A DNA stretch of 64,000 bases from Candidatus Sericytochromatia bacterium (GTDB lineage Bacteria; Cyanobacteriota; Sericytochromatia; S15B-MN24; UBA4093): NCBI GenBank assembly GCA_036676495.1, contig JAKFCT010000001.1:13526-77525 (forward strand), in the 5' to 3' direction. Positions 42,571 through 49,664 of the stretch are shown here, piece by piece. The position numbers and the translations under genes were made by a program. Below the pieces are notes generated by a model, which made no database searches, was not told the DNA's origin, and saw only the letters and a program-made list of their open reading frames with translations. The stretch's first letter is position 1; each line of letters opens with the position of its first letter.

Positions 42571-43596
42571 TTACTCGTTCGCCCAGAGGGTGGCGGTGTC
42601 CAGGCCGATCGCCCCGATCCGGACGAGGTTGGCCGGATTGAAACGGTCCCCGGGAGCCTTCGCGATCCGATCGCGCTCGGGCAGGGTGTCGTCAGGCGTG
42701 TGCAGGTACTTGCTGAAAACCGGCTCCGCGTAGTAGCAGATGGCCCGCACTCCGGCCTTGCGGAACGCCGCGTGATCGCTGGATGCTCCCGGGGGCAGGG
42801 CCTCGTGGGCATGGCCGCGCTCCCCATGAGGCACCTTGAATTCGCCGTAAAGCGGCTGCATGCCGCGGCGGCGGGCGATCGCCTCGATCGGATCCACCGA
42901 CTTCGCCCCGGTCCGGATCCAGTCCGTCCCCAGCGTATCCGTCTGACCCACCGCGATGCAGTCCAGGTTGACCATGCCCGCGATCTGCTTCAGGGCGATG
43001 GGCTGAGCGCCCGACGCGGTCGGCACAACCGGGTTACGGGTGTAATAGGTGGACCCGATCAGGCCCAGTTCCTCCCCCGAGAAGGCCATGAACATCACGC
43101 TGGACTTGGGCCCCTTGCCCGCCTTGGCGCGCTCGGCCATGACCCGGGCGATCTCCAGCACCGCCGCGGTGCCTCCGGCATTGTCATTGGCCCCAAAGTA
43201 AATCGTGTTGCCGCGTTTGCCCAGGTGATCCTTGTGGGCGCCGACGACGACGAAGCGATCGGGGCGCTCCGAGCCCTTCAAGACGGCGATGACGTTGTAG
43301 GCCGTCCCGCTGAAGCGGCGATCGGTGAAGGGCTGGAGGGTGACTTCGAGGCCCAGCTTGCGGAACTGCTCGACCAGGTAGGTGTCAGCGAGGGCGTCTC
43401 CCTCGGACGCGGTCATGCGGCCGGCCAGGGCGGGCTCGGTGAGGTAGGCGACGTGCGCGACCGCGCGGGCGGCATCGAGGGGGTTGCTCTCGGACGATGC
43501 CGACAGCGGAGAGCCCACCTGGTGCTGAAGGGACGGAGACGGTCCCCCACAGGCGGCTAGCAGAACGATCACGCCAAGGCTTGCAAGCTTTCTCAT
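42571..43596 (-). CDS. M28-family aminopeptidase, lipoprotein
   Basis: 341-aa ORF. Lipobox LLAACG, with GAHKDHLG, GANDNAGGTAAVLE and FSGEELGLIGS metal-ligand motifs. Confidence 0.85.
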   Translation of the reverse strand: MRKLASLGVIVLLAACGGPSPSLQHQVGSPLSASSESNPLDAARAVAHVAYLTEPALAGRMTASEGDALADTYLVEQFRKLGLEVTLQPFTDRRFSGTAYNVIAVLKGSERPDRFVVVGAHKDHLGKRGNTIYFGANDNAGGTAAVLEIARVMAERAKAGKGPKSSVMFMAFSGEELGLIGSTYYTRNPVVPTASGAQPIALKQIAGMVNLDCIAVGQTDTLGTDWIRTGAKSVDPIEAIARRRGMQPLYGEFKVPHGERGHAHEALPPGASSDHAAFRKAGVRAICYYAEPVFSKYLHTPDDTLPERDRIAKAPGDRFNPANLVRIGAIGLDTATLWANE

Positions 43597-43651
43597 CCGA
43601 CCCTCCCTCGTTTCCGTGTCAGGAAAAGCATAAGGGATAATCGAATTTTAA

Positions 43652-45079
43652 TCAATCCTTTACCAAGCCACCGGTCGCCTCCCCGAATTCAGGGGCGAGG
43701 GACGGCGAGGACGCAGCAGATAAGGGCGAGGGTTGACCAGAGAAGGGCGAGGGTTGACCGGAGAAGAGCGACGAGAGGCGGAAGTCCACGAACTGCTGGG
43801 GGTCGTCGACCTGTTCGCGTCCCATGGAGACCCAGAGGCGATCGCCCTGGAGCTGGGAGACCATGGCCGTGACGGACGTGAGACGCCCCCAGTCTCCCAA
43901 TACCACGGGGCCCAGGGCCATGCGGACCGGGACGGAGCGCGAGATCGACTGGGCCGTGGGGCCGCGCGTCCCGGAAACCGGATCGATGAGGTCCGCGAGC
44001 ACGGCCTTCGCGCGTTCGGGATCGAGCTGGCCGTACTGGGCGGCCAGAAGCTTTCCGAAGCGCTCGTCCCGTGCGCCCGGCTTCGCCTGCGAGAGGCCTT
44101 GGGCTTTGAAGGTCCCCATGCTCTGGGCGAGATCCGCGAGCGAACCGCCCGAGCCATAGGATCTCGCGGCGACCTGGCCGCCGGAGGCCTCGACGTAGCG
44201 GGCGCCTTCGCCTTGGGCCAGGGTCGCGACGAAGGCCTGGCTGGTCGCGCCGGCGGCACGGCGCAGCTCGGCCTCGGCGGCATCCGGGCCTTCGGCGTTC
44301 ATCACGCGCAGCGTGAGCCAGCGCGGGGGCAGGCCCGCCGTCTTCGAAGCACCTGCCACCGGGTCGATGGCGGCGAAGAGGCCGTTCTCGCTCCATGCGG
44401 CCTCGGCGGCCAAAGAGCCGACCCGGGTCAAGGCGACCCAAGCGGGGCCCGATTCCGGGTGATGCACCCAGAGCATGGTGAAGCGCTGGCGCGTCCCGAA
44501 GGTGAGATCATCCGAGATGCGGCCGAGGAGGGGCCTTCCGTCGAGGCTGGCCTTCCCGCGGGCGATGAAGCCGCCGCCGCCCGGCAGCAGGGCGGGCAGG
44601 TTCTTGGAGAGCGCGGCGTAAGGGGGATCGGTGGAAAGCAGCAGGATATCCGCCATGGCGAGCCCGGAGCCCGTGGCGAGGCCTCTCAGGAAGTCCCGCT
44701 CGTCCTGGGTGAGGTGCCGATCCTGCTGGCGCGCGTAGAAGCGGTGGACGAAGCCCGGCGTCAGGACGAAGGCCGGAAAGGCGCGTCGCTCATGGTAATC
44801 GCGGACCTGATCGCGGATGCGCTCGCGCATGAGGGTGCCCTGCTGCATCCCGGCCTGGAAAAGCGTTCCACGGGTCTCCATGATCAGGACTCCCCGGTCC
44901 CGGATGACCCGCCCCTGGGTATCGACGCTCTTGGCGATGACCTGGCGCTCGGGCATCGCGGGGCCATTGGGGACGTTGGGAATGGCCTCTCCACAAGCGA
45001 CCAGGAGAGACGCCCCCAGCAAAAGGGCAGGAAGAGCGAACTTGGGACGGACGATCTGGGGCAACGGTCTATGCTCCAC
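43652..45079 (-). CDS. Peptidase C45 / acyl-CoA:6-APA acyltransferase-like lipoprotein; nucleophile Cys not evident
   Basis: 475-aa ORF. Lipobox LLVACG. GTLFQAGMQQGTLMRERIRDQV and FLRGLATGSGLAMADILLLS resemble C45 N-terminal motifs. The C-terminal tail SGQPSPF/SGQPSPL comes from a 21-nt duplication. Confidence 0.5.
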   Translation of the reverse strand: MEHRPLPQIVRPKFALPALLLGASLLVACGEAIPNVPNGPAMPERQVIAKSVDTQGRVIRDRGVLIMETRGTLFQAGMQQGTLMRERIRDQVRDYHERRAFPAFVLTPGFVHRFYARQQDRHLTQDERDFLRGLATGSGLAMADILLLSTDPPYAALSKNLPALLPGGGGFIARGKASLDGRPLLGRISDDLTFGTRQRFTMLWVHHPESGPAWVALTRVGSLAAEAAWSENGLFAAIDPVAGASKTAGLPPRWLTLRVMNAEGPDAAEAELRRAAGATSQAFVATLAQGEGARYVEASGGQVAARSYGSGGSLADLAQSMGTFKAQGLSQAKPGARDERFGKLLAAQYGQLDPERAKAVLADLIDPVSGTRGPTAQSISRSVPVRMALGPVVLGDWGRLTSVTAMVSQLQGDRLWVSMGREQVDDPQQFVDFRLSSLFSGQPSPFSGQPSPLSAASSPSLAPEFGEATGGLVKD

Positions 45080-45208
45080 GGAGGCGGCTTCCCGTCGGGG
45101 GCCTCCGGCTTGGGACGCTCGGAAGCACCCGAACGGCGGTTACCCGCTGATCATACACGATCGCGCCGCCTTCCCGCAGCCCCCGGAAGCAGTCCGTCAC
45201 TCGGCGGG

Positions 45209-47044
45209 CTAAGGGTTATCCACCACGGTGGCCTCGGCGAGCCGCTCCATGCGGGTGGTCTTCACGGTCTCCGCTCCGTAGCGCCCGAGGTAGAGGTGGA
45301 TATTCTCCCGGTTCCTCAGGTACATCCAGAGCCCGTATTCGTAGGCCTCGAGGCATTGCCGCGTGCATCGCTTCAAGGCGTCCCTGAGCTCGTTCTCGTC
45401 CATGCCGCTGATCGCCTTGTAGGTGAGCGTGGTCGAGAGCTCCTCGACGTCCTCGATCACCTCGAGGATGCCGTGCTTCTCGGCCTCATGGTAGAGCGGG
45501 CTCTGCTTGTTCAGCGAGAATACCGAGCGCCCGTAGGCATGAATGATATCCGTGTTCTGACAGATCGAGTCGATGGTCATCTGGGCCTCGTCCCGGGTTT
45601 CGGTCGGATACCCGAAGAAGAGGTAGTTGAAGTTGAAGATGCCCGCGTCGGAGGAGGCCCTCAGGATGTCGAAGCGCTGCTGGTAGCCGACTCCCTTGTT
45701 GATGAGCTCGAGGATCCGGGGGGATCCGGTCTCGTAGCCCCAGAGGACCATCCGGAGGCCCGCCGCGTAGAGCAGTTCGAAGAGGTCGGGTGTGAAGGCC
45801 TTCTCGATGCGCCCGTTGCAGAACCAGGTGATGTCGAGTTCCTCGTCGATGAACCGCTGGGCCAGCTTGCGCATGTAGGCGGGGCGCATCGACTCGTCGA
45901 TGAACTGGAAGTTCCGGATGCCGTAGCGGTCCTTCAGGTAGCGGATCTCCGCAACCAGCCGGTCGAGGCTCTTGACGTCGTTCTCGACCCCGTAGAAGGA
46001 GTCGCAGAAGGTGCACTGCCCCCAGTAACAGCCCTTGCTGGCTCGGATCGTGAGGATCAGCTCGGGAGAGAGGTACTTGTCGAGTGGGAAGCCCTCGAGG
46101 TCCTGGAAGCCGATCACGTCCATCGCGAGGGGCTTGCGGGCAGAAGTCATCCGCACGGCGTCGCCGTCCAGGTAAAGCAGACTGGGGACGTGCTCGAGGC
46201 TCTCGCCGCGTTCGAGGGCTTGCACCAGGGAAAGCAGTTGATCCTCTCCTTCACCGAAGCAGAGGCTGTGCGCGAAGGCCTTGAAGAACTCGGGACGCTG
46301 GGAGAGGGCCTCGGTGACGCGCGTGAAGAAGTTGCCGCCGATGCCGATATGCATGCCCGCGGGGGCCGCCTGGCGCAGCATGTAGGCGAGCGTCAGGCCC
46401 GGCACCACCTGGGAGAAGCAGTTGATGGAGATGCCCACGTAATCCGCATCCGAGGCCAGCAGTTCCGGCAGGACCTCCTCGTAGTACGGGATGAACATGT
46501 TGCTCTTGCGGTCCTGGGCCTGAGCGATGAGGCTATTGGTGTTCATCATGAGGCCCGGCTGCTCGAAGTAGTTGAAGCTGAGCTGCGAGGGGAAGTAAGG
46601 AGTCGAGGCCGCCTTGAGGGCCAGGTCGATGACGTGGAGGGCCTCCAGCAGCATGTCCGGGTTGTAGAAGCGCCGCGGGTCCTTGAGGGTCTCCTTGGCG
46701 TCCATGATCAGGTGGGGCAGGTGATCGAGCATTTCCCCGTGCTCGTCCACGAAGCGGCGGATCGCCCGGAGCCGGACCCGGTCGAGCTGGGCGTCGAGCG
46801 AATTCGGTTCGAGCATGAGCTTGAAGCTGCTCTGCGGGCCCAGGTACTCGAGGTCGAGGTGCAGGCGGTCCCGGACGCGCTGGAGGTGCTGCGGGCTCAG
46901 CACATGATCGTAGTACTCGATGTTGAGGTCACGGACGTCGACCTCGACGCCGTGGTGGCGGAGGTGACCCGCCAGCGCCCGCAGCGCGAAGTGGGGGTGC
47001 TGCGGGCTCCACTGGGGGGGAAAGATCAGGAGCGCCTTCGCCAT
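45209..47044 (-). CDS. B12-binding-domain radical SAM protein (class B-like)
   Basis: 611-aa ORF. N-terminal KALLIFPPQW...GVEVDVRDLN Rossmann-like start and cluster motif GCYWGQCTFCD (C339, C344, C347). Start overlaps the upstream stop (TGATG) and follows GGAGAGG. Confidence 0.85.
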   Translation of the reverse strand: MAKALLIFPPQWSPQHPHFALRALAGHLRHHGVEVDVRDLNIEYYDHVLSPQHLQRVRDRLHLDLEYLGPQSSFKLMLEPNSLDAQLDRVRLRAIRRFVDEHGEMLDHLPHLIMDAKETLKDPRRFYNPDMLLEALHVIDLALKAASTPYFPSQLSFNYFEQPGLMMNTNSLIAQAQDRKSNMFIPYYEEVLPELLASDADYVGISINCFSQVVPGLTLAYMLRQAAPAGMHIGIGGNFFTRVTEALSQRPEFFKAFAHSLCFGEGEDQLLSLVQALERGESLEHVPSLLYLDGDAVRMTSARKPLAMDVIGFQDLEGFPLDKYLSPELILTIRASKGCYWGQCTFCDSFYGVENDVKSLDRLVAEIRYLKDRYGIRNFQFIDESMRPAYMRKLAQRFIDEELDITWFCNGRIEKAFTPDLFELLYAAGLRMVLWGYETGSPRILELINKGVGYQQRFDILRASSDAGIFNFNYLFFGYPTETRDEAQMTIDSICQNTDIIHAYGRSVFSLNKQSPLYHEAEKHGILEVIEDVEELSTTLTYKAISGMDENELRDALKRCTRQCLEAYEYGLWMYLRNRENIHLYLGRYGAETVKTTRMERLAEATVVDNP

Positions 47045-47322
47045 CAGGCCTCTCCCAGGATGGCCTTGGCGGCCCGCGTGAACTCATGCAGCTCTTTGAT
47101 CAGGGGCAGCATGACCTGCATGCGGTTGTGCTCGATCTCGGCGATCGCCTCGTCGTGCCGTTGCTTCTTGGCAGCGATGTCCTCGCTGCGTCCGGTCATC
47201 TTGAGCTCGAGGAGCATCTCCTTGAGGGCGCGCTCGCGTGTGATGAGCTGGTCGAGTCGCTGGACGCGCTCCACGACCTCGGCCTTGCTGAGTAACGGGG
47301 CAGCGTGATGTTGCATGGCCAT
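47044..47322 (-). CDS. Hypothetical 92-aa charged helical protein
   Basis: Begins 6 nt after the upstream stop and ends overlapping the radical SAM start. Contains no Cys and has a coiled-coil-like heptad pattern. The start may be the second ATG (47316). Confidence 0.6.
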   Translation of the reverse strand: MAMQHHAAPLLSKAEVVERVQRLDQLITRERALKEMLLELKMTGRSEDIAAKKQRHDEAIAEIEHNRMQVMLPLIKELHEFTRAAKAILGEA

Positions 47323-47328
47323 CCTCGG

Positions 47329-48363
47329 CTAGACGGTGGGAGTCTTGGTGGACGGGGTCGACGCGCTTCCGGAGGCCGGAGTGGTGGGAGTGCTGGCCGC
47401 CGGGGCATCTCCGGTGGGCGCCGTGCCGGGAGTCGAGCCTTGTCCCGAGGGGGGCCCCGCGGTCACCGTCCGTGCCGCGGCCGCTTCGATCCCGCGTGAC
47501 GCCTCGATGTCGGCCTTACGGCGCTGCTCCATCTTCTCGACGGTATCGAGCGCGTCCTTGGCCACCTGGGCGGCCAGTGCCAGACCGTCGTTTCGATTTC
47601 CCCCGCCCTGGATGCTGGCCGGATCGATGCCCAGGTCCGTGAGCGCCTGCTCGAAGCCCATGTCATGCGTGGTGAGCATGCCGTCGCCGTTGGAGTCCAT
47701 GGCGATGACGTTCCCGGTCTCCCGGTTGACGACGGCCAGCATGCCCCCTTCGCGCTTGACCTCGGCGTCGATCCCGTACTCTTCCTTGAGGATCTTGGCC
47801 AGCTCCTCGAATCCCACCATGCCTTCCTTTTGCTTGAGCACGGAATAGACCGCGATCAGCTCGTCCTCGGTCATGGTGAGGGTCTTGCTGGCCGGAGCCC
47901 CCATGCCGCTGCCGCCGACGGAGACGCTGGCCATCCGGATCGGGGGAGGGGCGGCTTCCATGGCGGGCGCGCTAGGAGGCGGCTCGATCGAGGCCGGCAC
48001 CGGCGGAGGGGAGGCGAGCGTGATCTCCTCTCCCGGAGGCGAGGAGGGGATCTCGATCTCGGTCTGCGGGGTCAGGACCGTCTCGGCCCACTGGGCCGTA
48101 TTCTCGGTGGCCTGCGGGGGAAGCTCGAGATCGGTCTTGGGGGTCCAGACGAGTTCCGCCCACTGCGAGGTGGTGCCATTCAAGCCGAGTTCCGAGGTGG
48201 TACCAGCAGCGCCGAGTGCGACCGCGTCTCCGCCGGGAGCGGCGGTCGATTGCACGGATCCGGGCTCGACTGGCCCCGCCGGCGCTTCCGGCGCGGGGCC
48301 GGCAGCGCCCGGAGTGACCAGGGGGCGTGGGTTCAACGGGTTGTTCGAAAGCGGGCTCGTCAT
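47329..48363 (-). CDS. Hypothetical Pro-rich protein with a duplicated Trp motif and one EF-hand loop
   Basis: 344-aa ORF with an AAGGAGG RBS. Repeats QWAELVWTPKTDLELP / QWAETVLTPQTEIEIP. EF-hand loop DSNGDGMLTTHD (47662-47697). Thr/Pro/Ser-rich tail. Confidence 0.65.
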   Translation of the reverse strand: MTSPLSNNPLNPRPLVTPGAAGPAPEAPAGPVEPGSVQSTAAPGGDAVALGAAGTTSELGLNGTTSQWAELVWTPKTDLELPPQATENTAQWAETVLTPQTEIEIPSSPPGEEITLASPPPVPASIEPPPSAPAMEAAPPPIRMASVSVGGSGMGAPASKTLTMTEDELIAVYSVLKQKEGMVGFEELAKILKEEYGIDAEVKREGGMLAVVNRETGNVIAMDSNGDGMLTTHDMGFEQALTDLGIDPASIQGGGNRNDGLALAAQVAKDALDTVEKMEQRRKADIEASRGIEAAAARTVTAGPPSGQGSTPGTAPTGDAPAASTPTTPASGSASTPSTKTPTV

Positions 48364-48400
48364 CGTTGCCTCCTTGATTGGGGGAGCGGCATGGCCTCCG

Positions 48401-49210
48401 CTAGAACCGGAGATCCTTGATCAGGCGGTTCTCTCGGTCGAACCAGCGCTCGCGCGTCACGTTGCCGATCGCGTCATGGTCGAATTCCTTGCGGAGGCTC
48501 ACCTTGCCGGCCTCGTTTAGCGCTTCGATCTTGGTGACGCGGTCCTTGGGGCCGTAGGTGTAGGAGTAGCCCCCGCGCGGAGTTCCGTCCGGCGAGTGCC
48601 AGCGACGCGATAGGACGTTGCCCTTGGCGTCATGCCGGTAGGTGTGAAAGCCTTCAAGCTGGTTTCGCGGCCCGTAGAGGTGCTGGCTCACCACCTCGCC
48701 GCGATCGTCGTAAGCGTAGGCGAAGCGCCGGATCATGCGGTGCTGCTCGTCGTACCAGGTTTCGTCCGCGACCTGGGCACGGTAGTTGTAATCCGACTTG
48801 ATGGTGTAGAAGAGGGAGCCGTCCTGGCGATACTCCGCGCGCCATGCCATCAAGCCTGTCCACTCGTCGAAGACGTAGCGGTGGTAGTTGTCGAAGCGGC
48901 CGTAGCGATCGACCCAGATGGAATCGACGAGCCCTTCTCCCTCGTAGCGGTAGTAGCGCTTGCTGGGCTTCGAGAACTCCCGGGTGTGCTTCTCGAAGTA
49001 GATCACCCGGCCCTCGGGATCATAGTGAAACGCCTGGTGATCCGTGGGCACCTGGCCGGCAGGGAATTCACCGTAGCCGATCACGCGACCGAACTCATCA
49101 ATCCGGCCAATCGTGAAGTACCGGACGGAGACGATGCGCGCCCGGATCTCGGCATCGAGATCCGCGAGGCTCGGCAGCCGAACCGCCCTGTCCTGGATAG
49201 CTCCCCCCAT
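48401..49210 (-). CDS. YD/RHS-repeat-like protein (269 aa), no signal peptide
   Basis: ATG 49210 follows AAGGAGG. Repeated Y-x-Y-D-x-x-G-like units: FHYDPEGRVIY, YAYDDRGEVV, YRHDAKGNVL, YTYGPKDRV, FDHDAIGNV. Confidence 0.65.
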   Translation of the reverse strand: MGGAIQDRAVRLPSLADLDAEIRARIVSVRYFTIGRIDEFGRVIGYGEFPAGQVPTDHQAFHYDPEGRVIYFEKHTREFSKPSKRYYRYEGEGLVDSIWVDRYGRFDNYHRYVFDEWTGLMAWRAEYRQDGSLFYTIKSDYNYRAQVADETWYDEQHRMIRRFAYAYDDRGEVVSQHLYGPRNQLEGFHTYRHDAKGNVLSRRWHSPDGTPRGGYSYTYGPKDRVTKIEALNEAGKVSLRKEFDHDAIGNVTRERWFDRENRLIKDLRF

Positions 49211-49664
49211 GTGCCCTCCTTCGACTGACCACCAAACCCGTGACCTTCGCACGATCACGCGATCTACCGAGGTCTTACCCGCACTCCGGCGGGGTGCTAC
49301 TAAGTAGTTTGCACGGATTTACATCACATCCATGCCGCCTCCCCGTCGAGCTTCTTCCCGTCTCCTTGCTGGACTGACGCGGCCGGAGGGGCCTCAGTCG
49401 CGCCCTATTCCGCGCGAACTCCCCCCATGCAACCGAGGGCGCCGAAGAAATCCCGCAGGCAGAGGGTATAGTAGACGTGGCGCTCGATCGGTTTCGATCG
49501 CGCATGCGTTTTGCAGATTTAACAGAATCCAAAAATAGGTTTGACACTTCGATAAGCAACTGAAAGCCAAAATCGAACGATATGTCCTTCAGCGAGATGC
49601 AAGCTCACTCAAGGGCTTACGAAAGGTACTAGCGGCTCACGGGCCGGAAGAAAGGGGACCTCAG

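Noticed and set aside
43733-47308. 1191-aa plus-strand ORF, the longest in the window.
   Set aside because: It is antisense to the C45-like, radical SAM and 92-aa genes. The translation is E/G/R/A/L/V low complexity with no motifs. The minus-strand genes have SD sites and domain signatures.
45209-49664. Calling the lower-GC block a mobile genomic island.
   Set aside because: I found no integrase, transposase, flanking direct repeats or tRNA boundary. Only the compositional impression remains, and it needs a real GC and codon-usage calculation.
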